DNA of 64,000 nucleotides from Verrucomicrobiota bacterium (GTDB lineage Bacteria; Verrucomicrobiota; Verrucomicrobiia; Limisphaerales; AAA164-E04): assembly GCA_047947115.1 (NCBI GenBank), contig CP170459.1, forward strand, positions 4,416,001-4,480,000, read 5' to 3'. How positions within the stretch are numbered: position 1 is the first letter of the stretch; every line of letters begins with the position of its first letter. Both the position numbers and the translations under genes were made by a program. This document shows, in pieces, positions 49,894 through 60,572 of the stretch. The notes under the pieces were generated by a model. The model ran no database searches and was not told the DNA's origin. It worked only from the letters and a program-made list of their open reading frames with translations.

Positions 49894-50997
49894 ATGAATC
49901 CCTCGTCCCTGAAAAACCGTGTTATCCTTCACGTGGACATGGATGCTTTTTTCGCCTCGGTCGAGCAACGTGATCGTCCGGAATGGAAAGGCAAGCCGGT
50001 CATTGTGGGAGCACCGGCTGATCGGCGGGGCGTGGTGTGTGCCGCCAGTTATGAGGCGCGCGTCTTTGGTGTTCGTTCGGCCATGCCCAGTCGCACGGCA
50101 AAAAAACTTTGTCCGAACGGAATCTTTGTTCCACCGGATATACCCAGATATCGGGAAGAATCCGAACGAATCATGAACATCATTCGTCCCTTCGCCGACA
50201 CCATCGAGCAAATGTCCATTGATGAAGCCTATCTGGACATGACCAATCGTTGCCAGGGAGTTGATGTGGAGGATGGCCTGATGGCGGCTTTGCCCGCGGC
50301 CAAAGCGCTGAAGGCATCCGTCCACTCCGAACGCGGACTCCACATCAGTGTCGGCATTGCCAGCAACAAAATGCTGGCCAAGATCGCCAGCGATTTTGAC
50401 AAACCCAACGGATTGACGCTCATTCCGGAACGAGACAAGGTCGCCTTTCTCGGCAATCTTCCGGTTCGTTCCATTCATGGCGTAGGCCAAGTCTCTGAAA
50501 ACATTTTACTGAAAGTCGGCCTGACCAAAATCAGAGACATCCAGGAGTACCCCGGAAGACTGGAATCCCTTTTGGGAAACTTTGGGCCGGCATTGAAAGC
50601 CTTTGCCATGGGGCTGGATGACCGTCCGGTTGAAACCAGTGAGGGAGTCAAAAGCATCAGCAGCGAGACAACATTTTCCGATGACACGGAAGACCGCGCC
50701 CTCTTAAAACGGGCATTGCTGGAACAGGCCGAAGAAATCTCCGAAAAACTGTCCCGTCATGGCCTCCTGGCCAAAACCGTTCAAGTAAAAGTCCGTTATA
50801 GTGATTTCACAACCTTATCAAGGCAGACAACCATCCTGGATGGGATTCAGGAAGCCAGAATCATCTATCGCACCGCTTGTCAATTGTTGGCCAGGGAACA
50901 ATTGGTTTCACGCCCCTTGCGATTGATCGGTATCGGCGCTTCCAAGTTTATCACTCAGGAACGTGAGCAATTGATCCTTCCCCTGATCTATTCATGA
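49894..50997 (+). CDS. dinB: DNA polymerase IV
   Basis: HVDMDAFFASVE, ASYEAR, SIDEAYLD and KPNG. Confidence 0.95.
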   Translation: MNPSSLKNRVILHVDMDAFFASVEQRDRPEWKGKPVIVGAPADRRGVVCAASYEARVFGVRSAMPSRTAKKLCPNGIFVPPDIPRYREESERIMNIIRPFADTIEQMSIDEAYLDMTNRCQGVDVEDGLMAALPAAKALKASVHSERGLHISVGIASNKMLAKIASDFDKPNGLTLIPERDKVAFLGNLPVRSIHGVGQVSENILLKVGLTKIRDIQEYPGRLESLLGNFGPALKAFAMGLDDRPVETSEGVKSISSETTFSDDTEDRALLKRALLEQAEEISEKLSRHGLLAKTVQVKVRYSDFTTLSRQTTILDGIQEARIIYRTACQLLAREQLVSRPLRLIGIGASKFITQEREQLILPLIYS

Positions 50998-51065
50998 TGG
51001 TAACAGTCCTCCAAGGTTGCCTCACGAGACGGAACACTTTACGATCACGCCACTTTTGAATCGGA

Positions 51066-52055
51066 ATGCAAATGTTTCCTCATGGACTCTATCTGATGTG
51101 TGGACTGGGAGCCGGATTGGCCACCTGGTTAGCCATGCGCTGGTGGCTGCCCTGGTGCCTCCGAAACGGGTGGATGGATCAGCCCGGGCACCGCAAGATC
51201 CACCATCAACCCATCGCCCTCGCCGGAGGACTGGCCGTTGGCACATCGCTGGCCCTGGTGTTCATCGGGAGCCTGTTTCTGATTCAACTACCTGTCTTGC
51301 CGGAAAAAGCGCTTGGCTACCTCCAGTATGGATTCCAACAGCGAGGCATCCAGGTGATGGGTCTGGTGGGTGGAATGTTGATCATGCTGGGTATCGGACT
51401 ATGGGATGACAAACACCTTCCGAAACCCGGCCCCAAATTCATTGCCCAAACCATCGCCGCGCTTCTGGTGGCGGCTTGCGGCATCCGCATCACCCTCTTT
51501 GTGGAAAATCCGTTCTTCAGCTATTTCGCAACCTGGTTCTGGATCCTGCTGGTGGTGAATGCCTGTAACTTTGTGGACAACATGAACGGTCTGTGCGCAG
51601 GACTCGGAGCCATCAGCGCTTTCTTCTTTGGCATACATTCTGCCATGCATACCCACTATCTGGTCGCCAGCCTGGCCTTTACGGTATGCGGTGGACTGAC
51701 TGGGTTCCTGCCATTTAATTACCCGAAAGCAAAATCATTCCTGGGGGATTCCGGAAGTCATTTGACTGGATTTCTCATGGCGGTCTTGTCCATTCTCCCG
51801 CATTTTTACCATGAAGGACAGCCCAACCGGTGGGCGGTCATCAGTCCCCTTCCCATCCTGGGGGTGTTTCTCATTGATTTCACCTGGGTGGTGCTTTACC
51901 GACTGCGCATTGGGCAACCGATTTATCAGGGTGACAATAATCACCTGTCGCACAAGCTGGTACAAAACGGAAACAGCCAGAGACGCGCTGTTGCGATACT
52001 CTGGCTGCTGCAAGTTGTGTTGGGACTGCTGTCTCTGGGGTTTGTCAGGCCATGA
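51066..52055 (+). CDS. MraY/WecA-like polyprenyl-phosphate sugar-1-phosphate transferase (Glycos_transf_4)
   Basis: D.P..RKIH, GLWDD, NFVDNMNG, FLGDSGS and HLSHKL. Confidence 0.88.
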   Translation: MQMFPHGLYLMCGLGAGLATWLAMRWWLPWCLRNGWMDQPGHRKIHHQPIALAGGLAVGTSLALVFIGSLFLIQLPVLPEKALGYLQYGFQQRGIQVMGLVGGMLIMLGIGLWDDKHLPKPGPKFIAQTIAALLVAACGIRITLFVENPFFSYFATWFWILLVVNACNFVDNMNGLCAGLGAISAFFFGIHSAMHTHYLVASLAFTVCGGLTGFLPFNYPKAKSFLGDSGSHLTGFLMAVLSILPHFYHEGQPNRWAVISPLPILGVFLIDFTWVVLYRLRIGQPIYQGDNNHLSHKLVQNGNSQRRAVAILWLLQVVLGLLSLGFVRP

Positions 52056-53528
52056 TCTGATGGATCGGTTCGGCACCCTCGACGCCTACCAATCGCTGAT
52101 CCAAACCGGCATAGAAATAAGTCAGATCCATCGGATTCAGCCCCATCAGATTCAGAACAGTCGAGTGGAGGTGTTTTACATGAAACCGGTTGGTCACAGC
52201 CTGACTGCCGATTTCGTCCGTTTCCCCAACACTCTGACCACCCTTGATGCCCCCGCCTGCCATCCACATGGTAAAGCCGTAGGCGTTGTGATCGCGTCCG
52301 GTTCCTTCTGCGTATTCGGCAGTAGGCTGACGCCCGAATTCCCCCCCCAGATGATGAGGGTTTCATCGAGCAATCCGCGTTGTTTCAAATCTTGAAGCAA
52401 TCCGGCAATCGGCTTGTCTGTATTACCAGCGTGCCAATCATGGTTCTTCTTAAGATCACCATGGGCGTCCCAGTTTTGGTCATTGTGTGCCCCGCCCGAG
52501 TAAATCTGAATGAAGCGCACTCCACGTTCCACCAATCGCCTCGCCAGCAGGCATTTCTTGCCGAAGTCTTGGGTTCGATCGTGGTCAATACCGTACATGT
52601 CCTTGATGTGTTCGGGCTCACCGTCCACGTCAACAGCTTCGGGAGCAGTGGATTGCATCTTGTATGCCAATTCGTAACTGGCAATGCGGGCGGCCAGATT
52701 GCTGTTGTCAACGCGGTCCGACAGATGCCCCTGATTGAAATGATTGAGATGCTTCAACAGGACCTGTTGTTCGCTGGCATCCATATTGCGGGCATTCTTC
52801 AAATCCAGAATGGGTGTGCCCTTTGGACGAAACACCGTGCCCTGATACGTGGCGGGCATGTAACCGCTGGTCCAGTTTTTCGCACCACTGATAGGTCCGC
52901 CGGATTGATCCAGCATGACCACATAACCGGGTAGATTCTGGTTGGCGGTTCCCAAACCGTAATTGACCCATGATCCCAGCGAAGGGCGTCCACTGAGAAT
53001 CTGTCCACTGTTCATCATCAACATCGCCGAACCATGAATCGGAGAATCCGCGGTCATGGAATGAATGAACGCGATATCATCCACATGGTGTGCCAGGTTG
53101 GGAAACAGATCGGACACCCATTTGCCGCTCTGACCATACTGCTTGAACTTCCACTTCGGACCGACCACTCGACCTTCATTCTTGTGCCCCCCACGGCCAA
53201 ACGTTTTCACCTGGATTGTCTTGCCATCCAGGGGATACAACTTCGGCTTGTAATCAAACGTATCGACGTGGCTGGGCCCGCCATACATGAAAAGGAAGAT
53301 GACATTCTTGGCCTTCGGTGCGAAATGCGGCGCTTTGGACATCATCGGGCTCTTCCAATCCGTCTGTCCGTCGGCAGCGAGTGTCTGCTGTGATAGGAAT
53401 CCATCCTTGGCCAGCATACCTGTCAGGGCGAGAGAGGTGAAACCTCCGCCGATGTGGTGCAAAAACTCACGACGTGTGCGGCGACAAAAACTGCCTTCAG
53501 GTTTGGTGGAATGGTATTTGGTGTTCAT
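52045..53528 (-). pseudogene. DUF1501 family gene, frameshifted at a G8 tract (52341-52348)
   Basis: The frame breaks at IWGG; EFGRQPT..GRDH..WMAGGGIKGG continues in another frame to the stop at 52045. Confidence 0.88.
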
Positions 53529-53560
53529 GGGTGCAATCTTTCGGTTCGCGGTTCAATCTT

Positions 53561-56122
53561 TCAATCCAGGTAAACAAATTCATTCATATTCAGCACCAGC
53601 AGGCAAAATCGTTGAAGTGCCTGGTGCCTGCTCATATGGAGTTCCTTTTCAAGCTCATCCATCATGTCGACCCCTTGCTGAACCTCCTTGGTCTCTGGTT
53701 CCCGTGAGGTGGCCAATCGCAATGCCAGAGCGACTCTGGATCGGGTGTCCGCTGCATCTTGCTCCAGTCTTTTGGCGAAGGATTCAGCCTGATCATTCAG
53801 AAACTCGCTGTTCAACATGGTCAATGCCTGGGTCGGAACCGTGGTGGCAAAGCGCACTGCACACGCGGAATCCGTATCGGCCATGTCGAAGGTCTTCAGC
53901 ATGGGTTCGTGCAGGGATCGCTTGATGTAGACATAGATGCTGCGCCGGTTCTGCTGGTCTTCAGATGATCTGCCCCATGCGGCATTCGGGCGGGATGCGG
54001 TGGCCAGAATCTCTTCAGGCACGGGAGTGTAGATGCTGGGTCCGCCCATCTGGAGATTCAACTTTCCGCTCAGATGAATAATGGAATCCCGAATCTCCTC
54101 AGCCGCAAGCCGCCGCATGTCAAACCGCCAGAAAAGATTGTTTTCAGGATCTTTTGCCAATGCCTTGGCATCGGCGCGTGATGACATCTGATAGGCACTG
54201 GACAACATGATCTGTTTGTGGAGCTTCTTCAAACTCCAACCTTGCTCCATCAGATAGCTCGCCAGCCAGTCCAGAAGGATCGGGTGGGTTGGCATTTCAC
54301 CGTTCTGTCCGAAATTGCTTGGCGACCTGCAAATGCCGCGACCAAAATGGAATTGCCACACTCGATTGGCTATCACGCGGGCCGTCAGCGGATTGTCATC
54401 ACGCACCAACCATTCGGCCAGTGCACGACGCCGGCCACTGGTCTCGGCTCCGGGCTCAGGTTGAGGGATTTCGGGATCTTCAAAGCCAAGTATTGTGGGG
54501 AATCCTGGTCGAACTTCCGCCCCTTTGGAGTGCGCATTGCCCCGCAGCAAAACATACGTCTTCGGCGCAACAGGTCCATTTTCCTTGATGGAAAGGGCTT
54601 GTGCCAACTCCGGAAGCCTACGTTGCCGGAGCTGCTTCAACTCCTGTTCTATGGCCAGACAATCTTCCAATTCTTCCTTGCTCAACACATCTTTTCGCTT
54701 TTCGACGATCATGGTCCGTCGAGTGCGCTGGTCCTTGGCGTCCTCTTTTTCGGGATTGGAAAACGTTGCAAAGACTTTCAGTTCGTATGCGTCAATGTGT
54801 TTTTGCAACTCGTTGACCTGATCGTCCAGCGCCTTCTTCAAGGCGTTGTGCTCTTTCACCTCTTCCTCGGATGCAATGACGGTTGTGGTGTTCAGGGAGT
54901 AGGGAGATTTTTTGAATCGCCCTTCCCGAATGTTGTTGTAGGTATTGTGAAAAAAAGCCAGCAACCGGTAGTAATCTTCCTGAGGCATTGGATCGATCTT
55001 GTGCTCATGACATCTGGCACACCCAATGGTCAAGCCCATGAAAGTCTGCCCGGTGGTTGCCAGCACATCATCCAACCCATCGTAGAAAGCCTGATCCGCA
55101 TCGACCGGCTCGTCATCCCAAATGCCCAATCGTTGGAACCCCGTGGCGATGATGGAATCTTTTGTCACATGGTCCAGTTCGTCTCCGGCAATTTGCTCCT
55201 TCACAAACTGGTCGTAGGGTTTGTCGTTGTTGAAACTACGGATCACGTAATCACGATAACGCCAGGCGTCCGGTTTGGGATTGTCGCGCTCATATCCGTT
55301 CGTCTCGGCGTACCTGACCAGGTCCAGCCAATGCCTCCCCCACTTCTCACCATAACGATCGGAAGCCAACAGGTGATCAATCACTTTTTCATGAGCCCTG
55401 GCGGAATGATCGTTTTCAAAAGCCGCCACATCTTCGGGGGATGGGGGTAATCCGGTGAGGTCGTAATAGGCGCGGCGTATCCACTCCTGACGACTGGCCG
55501 GTTCGTTTGGCGACAGGTCATTTTGTTTTAAACGATCAAAAATGAAGGCATCGATCGGGTTGGAATTCCAATCGGGATCACTCACTTCCGGCGCTTCAGG
55601 CCGGATAATGGGACGAAAAGACCACCAGTTACGGGTTTTTTCGCTGATGGAATTATCATAAAACTGCCCTTTCGACTCGATGTTTTCCAACCTGGCGCGC
55701 ACGGCTTCCTCATCGAAGACAAGTCCCCGCCTGATCCATTCCTCCAAAGCGCCGATAGCGGCAGGTGAAAGCTTCCCCTTGTCAGGCGGCATCTCATGGT
55801 CGGCATCCCGGTAGGATACCATATCGAGCAAAACGCTTTTTCCGGGAGCCTTCAAATCGACCGCAGGACCGGAATCGCCCCCTTTCAGAACCGCCTCGCG
55901 GCTAGCGAGATCGAAACCTCCCTTAGCCTTCCCTTCCGCGCCATGGCACTTGAAACAGTGTTCATCCAGCACCGGCAAAACGTGTGTTCGAAAATGCTCC
56001 TCTGCGTCGGCTGCTTCTGCAGGGCCAGCGGAAAAAAGTATCCCTCCCCCAAGCCCCAGCATTCCGAGAATATGCGCGTGTCTGACACGACCAAATCCCA
56101 ATCTTTTAAATGGCATGAACAT
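53561..56122 (-). CDS. Planctomycete cytochrome c + DUF1549 + DUF1553 protein
   Basis: CFKCH..MPP, DLTGLPP, CARCHEHK, NPLTARV and RRSIY. Confidence 0.92.
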   Translation of the reverse strand: MFMPFKRLGFGRVRHAHILGMLGLGGGILFSAGPAEAADAEEHFRTHVLPVLDEHCFKCHGAEGKAKGGFDLASREAVLKGGDSGPAVDLKAPGKSVLLDMVSYRDADHEMPPDKGKLSPAAIGALEEWIRRGLVFDEEAVRARLENIESKGQFYDNSISEKTRNWWSFRPIIRPEAPEVSDPDWNSNPIDAFIFDRLKQNDLSPNEPASRQEWIRRAYYDLTGLPPSPEDVAAFENDHSARAHEKVIDHLLASDRYGEKWGRHWLDLVRYAETNGYERDNPKPDAWRYRDYVIRSFNNDKPYDQFVKEQIAGDELDHVTKDSIIATGFQRLGIWDDEPVDADQAFYDGLDDVLATTGQTFMGLTIGCARCHEHKIDPMPQEDYYRLLAFFHNTYNNIREGRFKKSPYSLNTTTVIASEEEVKEHNALKKALDDQVNELQKHIDAYELKVFATFSNPEKEDAKDQRTRRTMIVEKRKDVLSKEELEDCLAIEQELKQLRQRRLPELAQALSIKENGPVAPKTYVLLRGNAHSKGAEVRPGFPTILGFEDPEIPQPEPGAETSGRRRALAEWLVRDDNPLTARVIANRVWQFHFGRGICRSPSNFGQNGEMPTHPILLDWLASYLMEQGWSLKKLHKQIMLSSAYQMSSRADAKALAKDPENNLFWRFDMRRLAAEEIRDSIIHLSGKLNLQMGGPSIYTPVPEEILATASRPNAAWGRSSEDQQNRRSIYVYIKRSLHEPMLKTFDMADTDSACAVRFATTVPTQALTMLNSEFLNDQAESFAKRLEQDAADTRSRVALALRLATSREPETKEVQQGVDMMDELEKELHMSRHQALQRFCLLVLNMNEFVYLD

Positions 56123-56210
56123 TGAAAAACATCCTACCCAAACAGAATGAAACGATCAACCCTGCATTCCTGCTTGTGCGGGCAATTGGGCTCAATGTAT
56201 AAGCACGCTC

Positions 56211-57146
56211 ATGATAGCTCACACCATCCCGTTGAAAAAATGCCTCTGCACCCTCAGTCTGGCCCTGACCCTGGTCAACGGCATAAAGACCGAGGCTGAT
56301 GATTTCAAATTGGCACATCAACAGGATGGCCAACTGGACATCATTGAAAACGATCGACTCGTAGGGCGCTACATGTTCGCTCACGACACTTCCACTCCGG
56401 AAACATTGCACGCGACCTACAAACCGTTCCTCCACATCATAGACCCGGCAAGCGGCACCCCCATTACCAAGGGTCCGGGAGGTCAGTTCACCCATCACCG
56501 AGGTATTTTTCTGGGCTGGAATCGATTAACCACTGATCGGGGACGATTCGATTTCTGGCATATGAATGGTTGTTTCCAAGTTCATCAACAGTTCACAAGC
56601 CAACTGATCAACGAACACCAGGCGGCATTCACTTCTCAAATCGACTGGATCGATAAGGTCAGCAAAACAGTGATTCATGAGTGGAGAGAAATGTCCTTTT
56701 CCTGTTCCGACATCCCTGACTCCATCGCAATTGTGGATATTTCCACGAAGCTGATCCCGACCGAAGACTTGAAACTGAACGGAGATCCGGAACATTCAGG
56801 CGTTCAATACCGTCCCGCCAATGATGTGCAGAAAAATCTCACCCAATACCTTTTCCCACAGGAAGGGCAGGATCCCCGTAAGGATCTGGATCTGCCATGG
56901 GTCGGAGAATGCTACCAGACAGGCAGTGGCAAATACGCAGTCATCCACATGAACCATCCCGACAACCCAAAGCAGACAAAGTACTCCGCCTACCGGGATT
57001 ATGGAAGGTTCGGGGCGTTTTTCACTCAAACACTGAAAAAAGAAGAACCATTGAACATCCACTACCGGCTGATCATTCTCAAGGGAACCCTACCGGAACG
57101 TTCCACCATTCAAAAACATTTCGATCGATGGACGGCTCAGCCCTGA
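56211..57146 (+). CDS. Secreted beta-sandwich protein (PF14100 'PmoA-like'/DUF6807 type)
   Basis: Signal peptide, KPFLH, HHRGIF.GW, HPDNP and RDYGRFG. Confidence 0.7.
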   Translation: MIAHTIPLKKCLCTLSLALTLVNGIKTEADDFKLAHQQDGQLDIIENDRLVGRYMFAHDTSTPETLHATYKPFLHIIDPASGTPITKGPGGQFTHHRGIFLGWNRLTTDRGRFDFWHMNGCFQVHQQFTSQLINEHQAAFTSQIDWIDKVSKTVIHEWREMSFSCSDIPDSIAIVDISTKLIPTEDLKLNGDPEHSGVQYRPANDVQKNLTQYLFPQEGQDPRKDLDLPWVGECYQTGSGKYAVIHMNHPDNPKQTKYSAYRDYGRFGAFFTQTLKKEEPLNIHYRLIILKGTLPERSTIQKHFDRWTAQP

Positions 57147-57149
57147 GCT

Positions 57150-58937
57150 TCAGACATCGTCCACGTATTCCTTGGTAATGGCCACTTCACGACGCAACAA
57201 GTCGTGAAGGGTCACAATTCCGATCAGGCGTTTTCGACCGGGCTCCACCAGCCCCACGAGGCCTGATTTGGACTCGATCAGCGAGAACTGAAGTTCCCGA
57301 ATGCTTTGGGAAGGGTTGCAGGTGACCAAGGCTGACAGCTCGGGTTCGCGTTGTTCCTCCAAGGATTCCAATGCTTCCTCACGCGAAAGCACCCCTTGGA
57401 TTTCATGGTCGATGACAACGGGAAACCGGAGGTAAGGGTAAGCATCCACCATTTCCTGAATGGCCTCTTTGGAAGTGTCCTTGAGGATGACTGGTGAAAA
57501 ATTCGCGATGGCGGATACGGGCAGTTGTTGCCAGCTTTTCAAATCCCGGGGAGGAATCACGTGCTCCAACTGGTGCCCGTCCTGCTCCAGAAGCTCTTCG
57601 TAGAAATTGGCTTTGCAGAATTTCCGACTGACAGCCGTACTGATGAGAGCTCCCAGCATCAGGGCGGGAACGAGGTAGAATTCATTGGTCATTTCAAAAA
57701 CAATCAGAATGCCTGTCACCGGAGCACGGACAACCGCCCCCAGGCAGGCGCTCATTCCCACCACTGCCAGGGTGATTTGTGCTTCGGTGTGAAGATCGAA
57801 AAAAAGCCCGAAAAAACCAGTCAATAAAACGCCGGTCATTCCCCCCAGAAACAATGTGGGAGAAAAAATGCCGCCACAACCTCCGAATCCATAGCAAGCC
57901 ACGGTGGCGATCAGCTTGCCTGCCAGGAGTAGTCCAGCCACTTTCCAGTTGAACTCACTGGTCAAAGCCGCATTCAAATCCGCATACCCCACTCCAAACA
58001 CCCCCAAATGCCCTTGGCCGGTCTCGGCTTTGGTGAAAAGAAAAATCCAAACCGCGACACCCCAGGCGATCAAGGCCCCCACCGCGGGCAGCAACCATCC
58101 CGGTACTTTGGTGACCTTTTTACAGCCACTCCTCAGTTTGAGGCTGGATTTCTGAAACAACACCCCGACCAAGGCAGCGGCAGCCGCCACCACGGGGGTC
58201 AGCAGGTAAATCCGCCAGTCAGGAGCTCCAACCGCTGAGATTTCCAGGGCTGGATGTTTCTCTGCAAGGGAATGTACAACAAATGCACCAAGGACCGAAG
58301 CCAGCAGAACACTTCCCAAAAACCGGCTGTTCAGGTCCTGAACAATTTCTTCCAACACAAACGTGATGGCCGCAAGAGGGGTGTTGAATGCAGCCGCCAA
58401 CCCGGCTGCCGCCCCGGATGCAGCGGCATGTCGTCTGTTTTGCTTGGGTTCGCCCAGCAGCCCTGCCACATTGGACGCCACACCGCTGGCCAACTGCACG
58501 CTGGGACCTTCCCGTCCCAAACTGCATCCGCCTCCAATGCTCAGCACACCCGCCACAAACTTCACCCAAGCCACTCGCCAGGGCACGTAGCCAAAATCAC
58601 TCCAAAAGGCCAGTTTGAGCTGCGGTATCCCGCTCCCGGCCGCTTCCTTGCAAAAACGGTTCAACAGGAACCCAACAATCAAGGATGCTCCAATGATACT
58701 GCAGAAACTGCCTATCAGAAATGCTTTGGTGGATAATCCGGAGACCAGAATGATGGTGAAATGAAACAAAAACTGAATGGACTTGTGAAACGCCACCGCC
58801 GCCAACCCTGCAGTCACTCCATAGATGCAAGTCAACACAATGGAACGTGTTTTCTTGGGAAGTTTCCGCAGATACCGCGCGATTGTTTCTGTCGTTTTCA
58901 GGTTGAACATCATCGAAAATCTGACATTCAAATTCAA
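57150..58937 (-). CDS. ClC family chloride/proton antiporter with CBS domains
   Basis: GSGIP, GREGP, AAAFNTP, LEE and GGIFSP motifs. Confidence 0.93.
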   Translation of the reverse strand: MNLNVRFSMMFNLKTTETIARYLRKLPKKTRSIVLTCIYGVTAGLAAVAFHKSIQFLFHFTIILVSGLSTKAFLIGSFCSIIGASLIVGFLLNRFCKEAAGSGIPQLKLAFWSDFGYVPWRVAWVKFVAGVLSIGGGCSLGREGPSVQLASGVASNVAGLLGEPKQNRRHAAASGAAAGLAAAFNTPLAAITFVLEEIVQDLNSRFLGSVLLASVLGAFVVHSLAEKHPALEISAVGAPDWRIYLLTPVVAAAAALVGVLFQKSSLKLRSGCKKVTKVPGWLLPAVGALIAWGVAVWIFLFTKAETGQGHLGVFGVGYADLNAALTSEFNWKVAGLLLAGKLIATVACYGFGGCGGIFSPTLFLGGMTGVLLTGFFGLFFDLHTEAQITLAVVGMSACLGAVVRAPVTGILIVFEMTNEFYLVPALMLGALISTAVSRKFCKANFYEELLEQDGHQLEHVIPPRDLKSWQQLPVSAIANFSPVILKDTSKEAIQEMVDAYPYLRFPVVIDHEIQGVLSREEALESLEEQREPELSALVTCNPSQSIRELQFSLIESKSGLVGLVEPGRKRLIGIVTLHDLLRREVAITKEYVDDV

Positions 58938-59125
58938 GAATCGAGTTTCATTTAGGGTGATTTAATGATGATTTCGACGATTGGAAGCTTGCAGAAAGCC
59001 AGATATTTGCTTACCAAGGACTCTCAATAGCAGGAAGCGAACCCGACAACCAAGTCACCAAAGAGAGGGACAATTAAACATCTGATTCATTATCGTTCAG
59101 ATTCGACACTCGATCACACGCATCA

Positions 59126-59932
59126 TTGGAACTTTCCATAAACCCTGACACCATCACGAAATACTTTTCAAAGTTCATTCGACCTGCCCTCGGATTGTCT
59201 CTGTTGGCGGCTGTGCAGTCCCTGCTGGTTTCCACAGCCACGGCTCAATCAACGCCAACCGACCTGACATTACTGGGCATCGAAGATATTCTGAAGAGAC
59301 GCATTATCCCGCACGACGAAGCCACTGGCAGCCCCATATCGGCAGAGCGTTGGTCTTTTGGTTATAATTTCGTCACAGCGCACTTCAAGGAATACCAAAC
59401 CGGCACCCAAACCTTGTCGACTGCGCACATGCAGACTCTGTTTCCGGTGCTTCCCTACACCATGCAGGTGGGCTCGGGCACCTTTGACTTCAATCCAAGC
59501 CTCAATTACATCCGCAAGATGGGTAAATTCTAATGGGCCAACAACCTGCAAGGCACCGTTCGCATGGGAAAAAACTACCACGACTACAGCCTAAGCCACC
59601 GTGCGGTCCTGAAAACAACCCTTTCCTACGAACTGTTTCCATTTCTCTACCCATCCGTCAAATTGCTTGGCCATTATTGGGATCGCATTCATGGTCAGGA
59701 CAATGATCTGCTCGCACCGAACGGCTCTTAACCTGCTCCCGTCACCCACCCCGATTTGTTTGGAGGCAGGAAAGTGGATTTGTTGCTGGGAATTCGAATC
59801 CCGATTAACCATGGTATATTGAGGGGGCAAAGTCTGGAACTGGAAAGAGGTCTACCGGTTTACCAATATTTGAACGGCCCTCAGCCTGGTGAGCAATGGC
59901 GCATGGCAGCTTCCTGGAAGTGGAGATTCTAA
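59126..59932 (+). pseudogene. Outer-membrane beta-barrel (transporter/MetA-pathway-like) pseudogene
   Basis: A single frame with internal TAA at 59531 and 59729; motifs PYTMQVGSGTFD, GGRKVD and GLPVYQYLNGPQ; ends WKWRF. Confidence 0.78.
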
Positions 59933-59960
59933 AGCCCGTCCACCATCGTTCCCTAAACTC

Positions 59961-60572
59961 ATGTTCAACGTCCAACACATGCCAAACATCGCACCCGGGA
60001 AACCAAACCCAGGGCTGTTCGTTTTGGTGATGGCATGGGCATGTGTGACCTTGTTCGCAGGGCAAATCTTGTCAGCTGAAGATGCGAAACTTCCGGTAGA
60101 GGAATTGGAAGCCAAAGCAGTGCTGGTTTACCATTTCGCGAAATTCACCTCCTGGCCTGAGGGCACATTCAAAACGGACTCATCCCCGATAAGCATTTCA
60201 GTCTATGGTGACAAGGGGTTCTATGATGCGCTGAAAAAGTATCAGGGACGAGTCATCAATGGCCGCGCATTGGACATCCATAACATCAAAATCATCGCCC
60301 AGGAATCGCCACCTCAAATTCTTTATGCCACCGGAACGATGGATGCAACGGTGAGCTATTATCTCAAAAACCAATCAAGCCCCACCCTCACAATCGGAGA
60401 AACAGTCGACTTCGTGAAACAAGGAGGCATCCTGTCCATCGTGCGTGATAAAGAACACTTGACCCTCTTTTCCAATCTAAAGGCGGCGGTGGAGACAAAA
60501 CCATACCTTAACAACAATCTGGTAAAACTGACCAAACAGGTTTCCTCCGGTCCGGATGGAAAGATGAAGTGA
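59961..60572 (+). CDS. YfiR/HmsC (DUF4154) family periplasmic protein
   Basis: [25 protein letters not shown]; start approximate. Confidence 0.85.
   Translation: MFNVQHMPNIAPGKPNPGLFVLVMAWACVTLFAGQILSAEDAKLPVEELEAKAVLVYHFAKFTSWPEGTFKTDSSPISISVYGDKGFYDALKKYQGRVINGRALDIHNIKIIAQESPPQILYATGTMDATVSYYLKNQSSPTLTIGETVDFVKQGGILSIVRDKEHLTLFSNLKAAVETKPYLNNNLVKLTKQVSSGPDGKMK

Noticed and set aside
56211..57146. Methane monooxygenase PmoA
   Set aside because: The Pfam family name is misleading; this is a soluble secreted protein with no multi-TM profile and no pmoC/pmoB.
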